Shown: positions 1 through 15,709 of the stretch, one piece after another
Layout of the letters: every line of letters begins with the position of its first letter
Numbering within the stretch: the stretch's first letter is position 1
Assembly (NCBI RefSeq): GCF_009931435.1
Contig: NZ_CP043414.1
Strand: one strand, 5' to 3'
From: Escherichia coli
Lineage (GTDB): Bacteria > Pseudomonadota > Gammaproteobacteria > Enterobacterales > Enterobacteriaceae
Length of the DNA: 64,000 nt
Notes under the pieces: model-generated
What the model was told of the DNA's origin: nothing
The model's input: the letters and a program-made list of their open reading frames with translations, nothing else
The model's database searches: none
Made by a program: the position numbers and the translations under genes

Positions 1-936
1 CCGGAACAGATTGATTTGATTGATTTACTGGTGCAGTTGTGGCGTGGCAAGATGACAATTATCATCTCTGTCATTGTTGCTATTGCCCTGGCTATAGGGT
101 ATCTGGCCGTTGCCAAAGAAAAGTGGACTTCCACAGCTATCGTTACTCAACCTGATGTGGGACAAATCGCTGGTTATAACAATGCCATAAATGTGATTTA
201 TGGTTCGGCAGCGCCGAAAGTGTCTGAGATCCAGTCGATGTTAATTGGTCGTTTCAGCACGACATTTTCTGCATTAGCAGAAACGCTGGATAATCAGGAA
301 GAACCTGAAAAACTGACCATTGAGCCTACCGTTAAAAATCAGTCATTACCTTTAGCGGTTTCTTATGTGGGTGAAACACCTGAAGGTGCGCAGAAACAGC
401 TGGCGCAGTATATCCAGCAAGTTGACGACCAGGTAAATGAAGAACTGGAACAAGACCTGAAAGACAACATCGCGCTGCGTATGAAAAACTTGCAGGATTC
501 TCTGAAGACGCAGGAAGTGGTCGCTCAAGAACAGAAAGATCTGCGTATCCGTCAGATTCAGGAAGCGTTGCAGTATGCGAATCAGGCGCAGGTGACAAAG
601 CCGCAGATTCAACAGACACAGGACGTAACCCAGGATACTATGTTCCTTTTGGGGAGCGAAGCGCTGGAGTCGATGATTAAGCACGAAGCGACCCGTCCGT
701 TGGTGTTCTCATCAAACTACTATCAGACTCGTCAAAACCTGCTGGATATCGACAATCTTGACGTTGATAAACTTGATATTCATGCTTACCGCTATGTAAT
801 GAAACCGACGTTACCTATTCGTCGCGATAGCCCGAAGAAAGCAATTACCTTGATTCTGGCTGTGCTGCTGGGCGGTATGGTGGGCGCGGGGATTGTGTTG
901 GGGCGTAACGCACTGCGTAATTACAACGCGAAGTAA
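1..936 (+). CDS. wzzB: O-antigen chain length determinant WzzB, 5'-truncated by window edge
   Basis: ORF reaching the window start; protein has the Wzz/Cld N-terminal TM segment and coiled-coil Q/E-rich periplasmic region; conserved position next to hisI. Confidence 0.85.
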   Translation, partial: PEQIDLIDLLVQLWRGKMTIIISVIVAIALAIGYLAVAKEKWTSTAIVTQPDVGQIAGYNNAINVIYGSAAPKVSEIQSMLIGRFSTTFSALAETLDNQEEPEKLTIEPTVKNQSLPLAVSYVGETPEGAQKQLAQYIQQVDDQVNEELEQDLKDNIALRMKNLQDSLKTQEVVAQEQKDLRIRQIQEALQYANQAQVTKPQIQQTQDVTQDTMFLLGSEALESMIKHEATRPLVFSSNYYQTRQNLLDIDNLDVDKLDIHAYRYVMKPTLPIRRDSPKKAITLILAVLLGGMVGAGIVLGRNALRNYNAK

Positions 937-952
937 TCTTTTTGGTTTTAAA

Positions 953-990
953 GAAAACGGGCAGGGTGGTGACACCTTGCCCGTTTTTTT
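953..990. terminator. Bidirectional rho-independent terminator between convergent wzzB and hisI
   Basis: GC-rich inverted repeat AACGGGCAGGGTGGTGACACCTTGCCCGTT flanked by T-run on plus strand and A-run upstream. Confidence 0.5.
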
Positions 991-1031
991 GCCGGATGCG
1001 ACAACAACATCGCATCCGCTTACCCCGCCAC

Positions 1032-1636
1032 TCACTGATGCCGTTTACGCAGGTTCTCAATTACCGTCGTTAAATCCAGATCCTGATCCTGCAACAACAC
1101 CAGCAGGTGATACATCAAGTCAGATGCCTCGTTGGTCAGCTCAAAGCGGTCATGTACCGTTGCTGCCAGTGCGGTTTCCACGCCTTCTTCGCCCACTTTC
1201 TGCGCAATGCGTTTGGTGCCGCTGGCATACAGTTTGGCGGTGTAGGAGGTTTCCGGGTCGGCAGATTTACGTTCGGCGAGCAGTTGTTCCAGTTGATGCA
1301 GGAACAGCCACTGGTGAGCGGTGTCGCCGAAGCAGCTGCTGGTGCCTTTGTGGCAGGTTGGCCCGATGGGATTCGCCAGCACCAGTAATGTGTCGTTGTC
1401 GCAGTCCGGCGCAATGCTCACCACATTGAGAAAATTGCCCGAGGTTTCGCCTTTGGTCCACAGTCGCTGTTTAGTGCGCGAGAAGAAGGTGACTTTACCG
1501 CTTTCGATGGTTTTGTCCAGAGCTTCCGGGTTCATGTAGCCCAGCATTAACACTTCGCCAGATACCGCGTGTTGCACAATCACCGGCATCAGTCCGTCGG
1601 TTTTTTCCCAGTCCAGTTCGCGACGTTGTTGTTCTG

Positions 1637-1643
<7 letters not shown>
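1032..1643 (-). CDS. hisI: Bifunctional phosphoribosyl-AMP cyclohydrolase / phosphoribosyl-ATP pyrophosphatase
   Basis: 203 aa ORF, last gene of his operon, overlaps hisF stop; recognised HisIE sequence. Confidence 0.95.
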
Positions 1644-3721
<2,078 letters not shown>

Positions 3722-3722
<1 letters not shown>

Positions 3723-4788
3723 TACAGCACTCCTTTCGATGAGGGCAGGGTGTCGCCTTCCACGCGGATGGCCTGGCGCAGGGTGCGACCAAAGGCTTTA
3801 AAGAGACTCTCAACACGGTGGTGATCGTTTTTACCTTTGGTTTTCAGGTGTAGCGTCACGCCCATGGTGTATGAGAGCGAACGGAAGAAGTGCTCGATCA
3901 TTTCGGTGCTGAGATCGCCCACGCGCTGGTAGGTAAACTCGGCTTTATATTCCAGGTGCGGGCGACCAGAGATATCCAGCGCGCAGCGGGCAAGGCATTC
4001 GTCCATCGGCAGTACAAAACCAAAGCGGCAAATACCGCGTTTGTCGCCAAGAGCAATTTTTAATGCTTCGCCCAGCGCCAGGCCGGTATCTTCGACGGTG
4101 TGGTGATCGTCGATATAGAGGTCGCCTTTGACATTGATTTCCATGCGGAAACCGCCGTGGGTGGCGATCTGATCCAGCATGTGATCAAAGAAGCCAACGC
4201 CGGTGTTAATCTTGCTGCCACCTTCGCGATCCAGCCACACCTGGGCGTCAATCTGCGTCTCTTTGGTGTTGCGCACTACATGGGCGTAACGGTCTCGTTT
4301 AGTGAGTTGCTCGCCAATCATTGGCCAGTTCAGGGTTTCGCGGTCGTAGCGTAAACCATTAATGCCCATGTTTTCCGCCAGTTGAATGTCGGTCGCGCGA
4401 TCGCCAATTACATAACTGTTGGCACGATCCATCGCTTGCTCAGCCAGATAACCCTCCACCAGTTTTACTTTCGGCTTACGGCAGTCGCACTCATCGGCGG
4501 GCAGGTGCGGACAAATCAGCACTTCATCAAACTGCACGCCTTGCGAGGTGAAGATCTGCATCATCAGGTTGTGCGGGCCATCAAAATCCGCTTGCGGGAA
4601 ACTTTGTGTTCCCAGACCATCCTGATTAGTGATCATCACCAGCTTGTAGCCCGCTTTTTGCAGCTTCAGCAATTCCGGGATCACGCCCGGTTCAAAGGCG
4701 AGTTTGTCAAAGCGGTCCACCTGAAAATCACTCGGCGGTTCGCTAATCAGGGTTCCATCGCGATCGATAAAAAGATACTTCTGACTCA

Positions 4789-4789
<1 letters not shown>
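3722..4789 (-). CDS. hisB: Bifunctional histidinol-phosphatase / imidazoleglycerol-phosphate dehydratase
   Basis: 355 aa from [14 protein letters not shown] start; operon order. Confidence 0.95.
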
Positions 4790-7160
<2,371 letters not shown>

Positions 7161-7165
7161 AGCGA

Positions 7166-8065
7166 TCACTCCATCATCTTCTCAATCGGCAGGACCAGGA
7201 TTGAACTGGCACCCAGCGCTTTCAGTTTTTCCATCGTTTCCCAGAACAGGGTTTCGCTACTCACCATGTGCATCGCTACGCGCTGTTGATCACCCGCCAG
7301 CGGTAGAATAGTTGGGCGTTCGGCACCTGGCAGCAGGGCGATGACTTCATCCAGGCGTTCGGTCGGTGCGTGCATCATGATGTATTTTGATTCGCGCGCC
7401 TGGATAACACCCTGAATACGGGTCAGCAGTTTGTCGATCAGTTGCTGTTTGGATTCTTCCATTTCGCCATCGCGCTGGATCAGGCAGGCTTTCGAGCGGT
7501 AGATAACTTCGACTTCGCGCAGGCCGTTAGCTTCCAGCGTGGCACCGGTGGAAACCAGATCGCAAATCGCATCCGCCAGTCCGGCACGCGGCGCAACTTC
7601 GACAGAGCCGTTCAGTAAGCAGGATTTAAAAGAGATACCTTTCTGGTCGAGATAACGCTTGAGCAGGTGAGGATAAGAGGTGGCGATACGTTTACCATTT
7701 AAGGAGAGCGGACCGTCCCAGGCTTCATCAACCGGCGTTGCCAGCGAAAGGCGGCAGCCGCCGAAATCCAGACGACGCAAGGTAAAGTAGCGCGGATCTT
7801 CACCCTGGGCGCGGCGGTTAAGCAGCTCTTCTTCCAGCACGTTTTCGCCGATAATCCCAAGGTCTACCACGCCGTCCATTACCAGACCGGGAATGTCATC
7901 GTCACGCACGCGCAGAATATCAATCGGCATGTTTTCTGCCATCGCGATCAGGCGCTGGGTGTGAAGATTGATTTTAATGCCACAGCGCGCCAGTAATTCG
8001 CGTGAGTCATCACTTAAACGGCCGGATTTCTGCATAGCTATGCGTAAACGAGTGTTGTCTGTCAT
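7166..8065 (-). CDS. hisG: ATP phosphoribosyltransferase
   Basis: 299 aa from [17 protein letters not shown] start; first structural gene of his operon. Confidence 0.95.
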
Positions 8066-8110
8066 TTTCTTATTCCTCTTTAAACCTGTCTGAACCGTTA
8101 TCAACCGCGC

Positions 8111-8148
8111 AATAAAAAAGCCCCCGGAAGGTGATCTTCCGGGGGCTT
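8111..8148 (-). terminator. his operon attenuator (leader terminator hairpin)
   Basis: Minus-strand AAAGCCCCCGGAAGATCACCTTCCGGGGGCTTTTTTATT hairpin plus U-tract located between hisL and hisG. Confidence 0.8.
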
Positions 8149-8210
8149 TCTCATGCGTTCATGCACCACTGGAAGATCTGAATGTCTTCCAGCACACATC
8201 GCCTGAAAGA

Positions 8211-8261
8211 CTAGTCAGGATGATGGTGATGATGGTGGTGTTTAAATTGAACGCGTGTCAT
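8211..8261 (-). CDS. hisL: his operon leader peptide (MTRVQFKHHHHHHHPD)
   Basis: Reverse complement of 8211-8261 translates to MTRVQFKHHHHHHHPD* with seven consecutive His codons. Confidence 0.9.
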   Translation of the reverse strand: MTRVQFKHHHHHHHPD

Positions 8262-8543
8262 AAAAGTCTCTGTGAATGTTTATTCAACTGATGTCTTTTA
8301 ACCTAAACCACTTTCACGTTAGAAAGCAAGGGCTTTTTTATATATTTTATGGCGATGGATTTGTTTAATGAATGAGCGGGAAAAGGAGGGGGCTAAGAGG
8401 ACTGTCCTCTAACTTGACAGCACCAAAAAGAGCAAAGTCTGATTTTTCGTCTCGCTGGCAATGTCTTGATCTACAAACTAATTAATAAATAGTGAATTAA
8501 CACCCATCATTGTACAATGAACTGTACAAAAGAGGAGATTTAC

Positions 8544-8795
8544 ATGCGTACAATTAGCTACAGCGAAGCGCGTCAGAATTTGTCGGCAACAATGATGAAA
8601 GCCGTTGAAGATCATGCCCCGATCCTCATTACTCGTCAGAATGGAGAGGCTTGTGTTCTGATGTCACTCGAAGAATACAACTCGCTGGAAGAGACGGCTT
8701 ATCTACTGCGTTCCCCCGCTAACGCCCGGAGATTGATGGACTCAATCGATAGCCTGAAATCAGGCAAAGGAACGGAAAAGGACATTATTGAGTGA
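8544..8795 (+). CDS. yefM: Antitoxin YefM (type II TA)
   Basis: 83 aa from [13 protein letters not shown] start; overlaps yoeB by 4 bp. Confidence 0.9.
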
Positions 8796-9046
8796 AACTA
8801 ATCTGGTCTGAGGAATCATGGGATGATTATCTGTACTGGCAGGAAACAGATAAGCGAATTGTTAAAAAGATCAATGAACTTATCAAAGATACCCGCAGAA
8901 CACCATTTGAAGGTAAGGGGAAACCAGAACCCCTGAAACATAATTTGTCAGGTTTCTGGTCCCGACGCATTACAGAGGAGCACCGTCTGGTATACGCGGT
9001 TACTGATGATTCACTGCTCATTGCAGCATGTCGTTATCATTATTGA
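8792..9046 (+). CDS. yoeB: Toxin YoeB (ribosome-dependent mRNA interferase)
   Basis: 84 aa [20 protein letters not shown], translationally coupled to yefM. Confidence 0.9.
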
Positions 9047-9128
9047 ACAGATTCATTCATAGAATGAATTGTCAGTTTTGATACGCTAGCGTAGCCTTAT
9101 AGATCTAAGGTGTATCAGGAGATAACGG

Positions 9129-9953
9129 ATGAAAAAGGTCGCAATTGTCGGGTTAGGGTGGTTAGGCATGCCGCTGGCGATGTCACTTTCAGCGCGAGGC
9201 TGGCAAGTCACCGGGAGTAAAACCACACAAGATGGTGTCGAAGCGGCCCGAATGAGTGGCATTGATAGCTATCTGCTTCGCATGGAGCCTGAGTTAGTTT
9301 GCGATTCTGACGATCTGGATGCCCTGATGGATGCCGATGCGCTGGTCATTACGCTTCCGGCACGTCGTAGCGGCCCCGGCGATGAGTTCTATTTACAAGC
9401 GGTACAAGAGTTAGTGGATAGCGCGCTGGCCCATCGTATTCCCCGCATTATTTTTACCAGCTCGACATCTGTCTATGGCGACGCGCAAGGCACGGTGAAA
9501 GAAACCACCCCGCGTAATCCGGTGACCAACAGTGGACGAGTATTAGAAGAACTCGAAGACTGGCTGCACAATTTACCCGGTACTTCGGTCGATATTCTGC
9601 GTCTTGCGGGCCTGGTCGGACCGGGACGTCATCCCGGACGCTTCTTTGCCGGAAAAACCGCCCCTGATGGTGAACATGGTGTTAATTTAGTCCATTTAGA
9701 AGATGTTATTGGCGCTATCACTCTGTTGTTACAGGCACCTAAAGGCGGACACATCTATAATATATGTGCGCCAGCTCACCCTGCGCGTAATGTTTTCTAT
9801 CCGCAGATGGCCCGTTTATTGGGGCTGGAACCTCCGCAGTTCAGAAATAGTCTGGACAGCGGCAAAGGTAAGATTATTGATGGCAGTCGGATTTGTAATG
9901 AACTGGGATTTGAATACCAGTATCCCGATCCGCTGGTAATGCCGCTGGAGTAA
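9129..9953 (+). CDS. yeeZ: NAD(P)-binding Rossmann-fold protein YeeZ (epimerase/dehydratase-like)
   Basis: 274 aa with N-terminal GxxGxxG motif (VAIVGLGWLG); conserved synteny. Confidence 0.85.
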   Translation: MKKVAIVGLGWLGMPLAMSLSARGWQVTGSKTTQDGVEAARMSGIDSYLLRMEPELVCDSDDLDALMDADALVITLPARRSGPGDEFYLQAVQELVDSALAHRIPRIIFTSSTSVYGDAQGTVKETTPRNPVTNSGRVLEELEDWLHNLPGTSVDILRLAGLVGPGRHPGRFFAGKTAPDGEHGVNLVHLEDVIGAITLLLQAPKGGHIYNICAPAHPARNVFYPQMARLLGLEPPQFRNSLDSGKGKIIDGSRICNELGFEYQYPDPLVMPLE

Positions 9954-9998
9954 ACGATCACGCCAGCAGGACGCCGCATACACTGCAAGGGGGCGTGT

Positions 9999-10928
9999 AT
10001 GAAACCACTGCTGGATGTGTTGATGATCCTCGATGCCTTAGAAAAAGAAGGCAGTTTTGCGGCGGCGTCGGCTAAACTCTACAAGACGCCGTCCGCTCTG
10101 AGTTATACCGTTCACAAGCTGGAAAGCGACCTTAATATTCAATTGCTTGATCGTAGCGGTCACCGCGCTAAATTCACCCGCACCGGAAAAATGTTATTAG
10201 AGAAAGGGCGGGAAGTTCTGCATACCGTGCGAGAACTGGAAAAGCAGGCGATCAAACTGCATGAAGGCTGGGAAAACGAGCTGGTGATTGGCGTGGACGA
10301 CACCTTCCCTTTTTCTCTGCTTGCGCCACTCATTGAGGCTTTTTATCAACATCATAGCGTGACGCGCCTGAAGTTTATCAATGGTGTACTCGGTGGTTCA
10401 TGGGATGCCCTGACTCAGGGGCGAGCGGATATTATTGTTGGCGCGATGCATGAGCCACCATCTTCCAGTGAGTTTGGTTTCTCTCGGTTGGGCGATCTGG
10501 AACAAGTCTTTGCGGTCGCGCCTCATCATCCGTTAGCCCTGGAAGAAGAACCGTTAAACCGTCGTATCATTAAACGATATCGGGCGATTGTGGTGGGGGA
10601 CACTGCACAGGCCGGCGCTTCTACGGCCTCACAACTTCTCGACGAACAAGAAGCTATTACCGTTTTCGATTTTAAAACCAAGCTGGAGCTGCAAATTAGC
10701 GGCCTCGGCTGCGGCTATTTACCCCGTTATCTGGCGCAACGTTTTCTCGATAGTGGTGCGTTAATCGAGAAGAAAGTGGTCGCCCAAACCCTCTTTGAAC
10801 CCGTCTGGATTGGCTGGAATGAACAGACCGCGGGGCTTGCCAGTGGTTGGTGGCGGGACGAAATTTTAGCAAATAGTGCGATCGCCGGTGTTTATGCAAA
10901 ATCTGATGACGGAAAATCAGCCATTTAA
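9999..10928 (+). CDS. yeeY: LysR-family transcriptional regulator YeeY
   Basis: 309 aa; N-terminal LysR-type HTH, substrate-binding C-terminal domain. Confidence 0.85.
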   Translation: MKPLLDVLMILDALEKEGSFAAASAKLYKTPSALSYTVHKLESDLNIQLLDRSGHRAKFTRTGKMLLEKGREVLHTVRELEKQAIKLHEGWENELVIGVDDTFPFSLLAPLIEAFYQHHSVTRLKFINGVLGGSWDALTQGRADIIVGAMHEPPSSSEFGFSRLGDLEQVFAVAPHHPLALEEEPLNRRIIKRYRAIVVGDTAQAGASTASQLLDEQEAITVFDFKTKLELQISGLGCGYLPRYLAQRFLDSGALIEKKVVAQTLFEPVWIGWNEQTAGLASGWWRDEILANSAIAGVYAKSDDGKSAI

Positions 10929-11194
10929 AGAAAAATTATTATGACAAGCCTCTCATTCTCTTGTCATTTCCCCCCCATTTAGGCACAATGCGCCGCTGTC
11001 AAAAAATGACTAAAAACCGACGTTTAATTAGCGTCGGTTATTTTTTGCTTCAAACCAATCATTCATACCAAGAGGCCGGGCTTCGTACCGGATAGATATT
11101 TACTAAAAATCGACAGTTGTTGTCGCTGAGGAATCCAAAAAAATGGGGCAATTTTTTGCTTACGCGACGGTTATCACCGTAAAGGAGAATGACC

Positions 11195-12553
11195 ATGTCG
11201 CATAACGTTACTCCAAACACCTCTCGCGTGGAATTGCGTAAAACGCTTACGTTAGTTCCGGTTGTAATGATGGGTCTTGCCTATATGCAGCCGATGACGC
11301 TGTTTGATACATTTGGTATCGTTTCAGGCCTCACGGATGGTCATGTGCCGACAGCCTATGCGTTCGCATTGATTGCGATCCTGTTTACGGCTCTGAGCTA
11401 CGGGAAGCTGGTTCGCCGCTATCCTTCTGCTGGCTCTGCATACACTTACGCCCAGAAATCCATTAGCCCGACTGTCGGCTTTATGGTGGGTTGGTCTTCT
11501 CTGCTCGACTATCTGTTCGCGCCGATGATCAACATTCTGCTGGCGAAAATCTATTTTGAAGCTCTGGTGCCTTCCATCCCATCGTGGATGTTTGTGGTGG
11601 CGCTGGTGGCCTTTATGACCGCCTTTAACCTGCGTAGTCTGAAATCCGTAGCGAACTTCAACACTGTAATCGTCGTGTTGCAGGTAGTGCTGATCGCGGT
11701 GATTCTGGGCATGGTTGTTTATGGCGTATTTGAAGGTGAAGGCGCGGGTACGCTGGCGAGCACTCGTCCGTTCTGGTCTGGCGATGCGCATGTTATCCCG
11801 ATGATTACCGGGGCGACAATCCTGTGCTTCTCCTTTACCGGCTTTGACGGCATCAGCAACCTGTCGGAAGAAACCAAAGATGCAGAGCGCGTGATCCCGC
11901 GTGCGATTTTCCTGACCGCACTGATTGGCGGCATGATCTTCATCTTTGCAACTTACTTCCTGCAGCTGTACTTCCCGGATATCTCTCGCTTTAAAGATCC
12001 GGATGCGTCACAGCCTGAAATCATGCTGTACGTTGCGGGTAAAGCGTTCCAGGTTGGCGCGCTGATCTTCTCCACCATTACCGTACTGGCGTCCGGTATG
12101 GCGGCGCATGCAGGCGTAGCGCGTCTGATGTACGTAATGGGGCGTGACGGTGTGTTCCCGAAAAGCTTCTTCGGTTATGTACACCCGAAATGGCGTACTC
12201 CGGCAATGAACATCATCCTGGTTGGCGCGATTGCCCTGCTGGCAATCAACTTCGACCTGGTAATGGCTACGGCGCTGATTAACTTTGGTGCGCTGGTGGC
12301 GTTCACCTTCGTTAACCTGTCGGTTATTTCGCAGTTCTGGATCCGTGAGAAGCGTAACAAGACGCTGAAAGATCACTTCCAGTATCTGTTCCTACCGATG
12401 TGTGGTGCGCTGACCGTTGGTGCGCTGTGGGTTAACCTGGAAGAAAGCTCAATGGTTCTGGGTCTGATCTGGGCTGCTATCGGTCTGATTTACCTGGCTT
12501 GCGTAACCAAGAGTTTCCGTAATCCGGTTCCGCAGTACGAAGACGTAGCATAA
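11195..12553 (+). CDS. plaP: Putrescine importer PlaP (APC family amino acid/polyamine permease)
   Basis: 452 aa multi-TM permease from [11 protein letters not shown] start; conserved synteny upstream of yeeE. Confidence 0.85.
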   Translation: MSHNVTPNTSRVELRKTLTLVPVVMMGLAYMQPMTLFDTFGIVSGLTDGHVPTAYAFALIAILFTALSYGKLVRRYPSAGSAYTYAQKSISPTVGFMVGWSSLLDYLFAPMINILLAKIYFEALVPSIPSWMFVVALVAFMTAFNLRSLKSVANFNTVIVVLQVVLIAVILGMVVYGVFEGEGAGTLASTRPFWSGDAHVIPMITGATILCFSFTGFDGISNLSEETKDAERVIPRAIFLTALIGGMIFIFATYFLQLYFPDISRFKDPDASQPEIMLYVAGKAFQVGALIFSTITVLASGMAAHAGVARLMYVMGRDGVFPKSFFGYVHPKWRTPAMNIILVGAIALLAINFDLVMATALINFGALVAFTFVNLSVISQFWIREKRNKTLKDHFQYLFLPMCGALTVGALWVNLEESSMVLGLIWAAIGLIYLACVTKSFRNPVPQYEDVA

Positions 12554-12731
12554 TCATCTTTTCTAATAATAAACCGGAGTCGAATGAACATTTGGCTCCG
12601 GTTTTTTTATTCTTTTTTATCGAAATCCTCATTAATAACCATTTGTTCTAATTTAGAGAATTTGGTTATTGGTCTGCATTCCACCAGTCATGAATAATTT
12701 CCCCATTAACATTCATCTGGTTAATTAATTT

Positions 12732-13790
12732 ATGTTTTCAATGATATTAAGCGGGCTAATTTGTGGTGCTCTGCTGGGATTTGTCATGCAGCGTGGGCGT
12801 TTTTGCCTGACAGGTGGTTTTCGCGATATGTATATCGCGAAAAATAATCGCATGTTTTACGCCTTGCTGATTGCAATTTCGGTACAAAGCGTGGGGGTTT
12901 TTGCGTTAATTCAGGCGGGCCTACTGACTTACGAAGCCGGGGCGTTCCCGTGGCTTGGTACTGTTATAGGTGGGTATCTTTTCGGGCTGGGAATTGTTCT
13001 GGCGGGTGGATGTGCCACCGGGACCTGGTATCGCGCGGGTGAGGGATTGATCGGCAGTTGGATCGCGCTTTTCACTTATATGGTGATGAGTGCGGTGATG
13101 CGTTCTCCACACGCCAGTGGTTTAAATCAAACCTTGCAGCACTACACTACTGAACATAACTCTATTGCTGATACTTTTAATTTGTCTGTGTGGCCGTTGG
13201 TTGCCGTTTTGCTGGTGATAACGCTCTGGGTGGTGATGAAAGAGTTGAAGAAGCCAAAACTCAAAGTCGCGACCTTACCGCCGCGCCGAACCGGGATCGC
13301 TCATATTCTGTTTGAAAAACGCTGGCATCCCTTTGTCACTGCTGTACTCATCGGTTTGATTGCGCTTTTAGCTTGGCCCCTGAGTGAAGCAACCGGACGC
13401 ATGTTTGGGTTAGGAATCACTTCCCCAACGGCCAATATTCTGCAATTTCTGGTCGCGGGTGACGTGAAATACATTAACTGGGGCGTTTTCCTGGTGTTAG
13501 GGATCTTCGTGGGGTCATTTATTGCAGCCAAAGCGAGCCGTGAGTTCCGCGTTCGCGCTGCTGATGCACAAACAACATTACGTAGCGGGTTAGGTGGTGT
13601 ACTGATGGGCTTCGGTGCCAGCATTGCAGGTGGTTGCTCTATCGGTAATGGACTGGTCATGACTGCAATGATGACCTGGCAGGGCTGGATTGGCCTTGTA
13701 TTTATGATTCTCGGAGTCTGGACTGCGTCCTGGCTTGTGTATGTTCGACCGCAGCGTAAGGTACGACTGGCAACTGCTGCGGCAAATTAA
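12732..13790 (+). CDS. yeeE: Thiosulfate transporter YeeE/TsuA
   Basis: 352 aa membrane protein with conserved Cys-containing motifs; followed by TusA-like yeeD. Confidence 0.85.
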   Translation: MFSMILSGLICGALLGFVMQRGRFCLTGGFRDMYIAKNNRMFYALLIAISVQSVGVFALIQAGLLTYEAGAFPWLGTVIGGYLFGLGIVLAGGCATGTWYRAGEGLIGSWIALFTYMVMSAVMRSPHASGLNQTLQHYTTEHNSIADTFNLSVWPLVAVLLVITLWVVMKELKKPKLKVATLPPRRTGIAHILFEKRWHPFVTAVLIGLIALLAWPLSEATGRMFGLGITSPTANILQFLVAGDVKYINWGVFLVLGIFVGSFIAAKASREFRVRAADAQTTLRSGLGGVLMGFGASIAGGCSIGNGLVMTAMMTWQGWIGLVFMILGVWTASWLVYVRPQRKVRLATAAAN

Positions 13791-13803
13791 GTAAGGTGTA
13801 AAG

Positions 13804-14031
13804 ATGGCGATTAAAAAGCTGGATGTGGTGACGCAGGTCTGTCCGTTTCCACTCATAGAAGCAAAAGCAGCACTGGCAGAAATGGCCAGCGGCGATGAGT
13901 TGGTAATTGAGTTTGATTGCACCCAGGCAACTGAAGCAATCCCACAGTGGGCGGCAGAAGAAGGACATGCCATCACCGATTATCAGCAGATTGGCGATGC
14001 AGCGTGGAGCATCACCGTTCAAAAAGCCTGA
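13804..14031 (+). CDS. yeeD: TusA-like sulfurtransferase YeeD
   Basis: 75 aa with CPxP motif (VCPFPLIEAK). Confidence 0.85.
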   Translation: MAIKKLDVVTQVCPFPLIEAKAALAEMASGDELVIEFDCTQATEAIPQWAAEEGHAITDYQQIGDAAWSITVQKA

Positions 14032-14073
14032 CTCAAAATTGTCCTCCGCCGTACCAGCGGCGGAGGCTTCACA

Positions 14074-15501
14074 TTAGACAATCTCTTCCGCGTACTGCCA
14101 AAGCGCTTTTAACAGCGCCACTTTTTCTTTATCGTCGGCATACTGCTGCGCCAGCATCTGAATCTCTTCTGCATAGCCTTGTAAAAACTCTGGCGTGAAG
14201 ACCTGGCGGCGGTGCTCCAGCCAGCGTTGCTGCTCGGCATAATCCAGCGTCCCCGGGAAGTTGCGCGCCCGATAATTGAACAACAGCTTTTCAATTCGTT
14301 TATCAACAAAAGTGATATCCAGTGCCGGTAAATTACGCGGCTCGGTTTCCAGCACAATTTTCATTGCTGCACGATCGGCGTCACTGAAAAAGCCGTTATA
14401 AAGCTGTGCATCCACATTATCTGAAGGTGTAAACGGTTCGGCTTCCACGAATATCGCTACCACTTTTTCACGCACTTGCGGATTTTCACGCAGAATTTTT
14501 AGGTTATCGAGGCAATGCTGACGATTAATTCCCAGTCGGTCGGCATCTTCCGGGCGTAGCGTATTCGCCTGGGCCAGTACCGGACATTTATTGATATGTA
14601 CCAGCTTAACCGGAACGGCGGCGTTATCGCCAAGATCGGCTTTTGCGGTATATAAACGCTCGCGCAATGTGTCGCTATCCAGCTCCAGTAATGGCGAAAT
14701 GTCTCCTGCCAAATCCACCATAATTACGGCATTGCGATTTTCAGGATGCCACGCCAGCGGTGCCACCCAGCTTGTATTGCCGCGCCATGCACCAAACATT
14801 CCGGAAACGTGAACCAGGGGTTTCATCTGAGGAACATCAATCAACGCCATTAGTTTGTGTTTATTACGATGGGTAAAGAGATAATCAAACAGGCGTGGCT
14901 GACGCGTTTTTACCAGTTTTGCCATCGCAATAGTGGCGTACACATCAGCCATCGCATCGTGGGCGTTGCTATGTTCAATACCATTCGCTTTGGTTAAATG
15001 CTCAAGGCGAAAGCTCGGTAGACCGTCATCATTTTCAGGCCAATTTATTCCTTCCGGGCGCAGGGCATAACAGGCACGCATAACATCCAGTAAATCCCAG
15101 CGCGAGTTATCATGCTGCCAGCTCCAGGCGTAAGGATCGTAGAAATTACGATAAAAAACGTTGCGTGTGACTTCGTCGTCGAAACGCACATTGTTGTAGC
15201 CCAGAATACAGGTCTTCGGTACGGTAAAAAGCGAGTGAATACGGGCGGCAAACGCGGCTTCGTTTTCTCCTTTCGCTCGTGTCTCCTGCGGGGTAATACC
15301 GGTAATTAATACTGCTCCAGGCTGGGGTAAATAGTCATCCGCGGGCTTGCAGTAAAAGACTTCGGGTTCGCCGATGACATTGAATTCGTCATCGGTGCGA
15401 ATGGCTGCGAACTGTGCAGGGCGATCTAACGCGGGGTGCGTGCCAAAGGTTTCGTAATCGTGAAACAAAAAGGTAGATTGTTGCTTACCGTCATTCATCA
15501 T
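14074..15501 (-). CDS. sbcB: Exodeoxyribonuclease I
   Basis: 475 aa from MMNDGKQQSTFLFHDYETFGTHP (DEDDh exonuclease motif); the 491-aa ORF has extra upstream in-frame codons. Confidence 0.9.
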   Translation of the reverse strand: MMNDGKQQSTFLFHDYETFGTHPALDRPAQFAAIRTDDEFNVIGEPEVFYCKPADDYLPQPGAVLITGITPQETRAKGENEAAFAARIHSLFTVPKTCILGYNNVRFDDEVTRNVFYRNFYDPYAWSWQHDNSRWDLLDVMRACYALRPEGINWPENDDGLPSFRLEHLTKANGIEHSNAHDAMADVYATIAMAKLVKTRQPRLFDYLFTHRNKHKLMALIDVPQMKPLVHVSGMFGAWRGNTSWVAPLAWHPENRNAVIMVDLAGDISPLLELDSDTLRERLYTAKADLGDNAAVPVKLVHINKCPVLAQANTLRPEDADRLGINRQHCLDNLKILRENPQVREKVVAIFVEAEPFTPSDNVDAQLYNGFFSDADRAAMKIVLETEPRNLPALDITFVDKRIEKLLFNYRARNFPGTLDYAEQQRWLEHRRQVFTPEFLQGYAEEIQMLAQQYADDKEKVALLKALWQYAEEIV

Positions 15502-15709
15502 TAGGTTAAATCCGTTATTTCTGCTGTCTGCCAGAGTATCAAATATCACCGTGCTAATCAGCTTTAGCGCGACAATTTGACAGCGAGTGACAACAGATCA
15601 TGTCAGATAAAAATGAGAGGGTAGTCACATTTTCTTGCACTTTATTCCAGCCAGTTCATAAGTATTTCCGTAAAAAGAACAGCTATTTGAAACTCCTGAG
15701 GGTTTGCTG

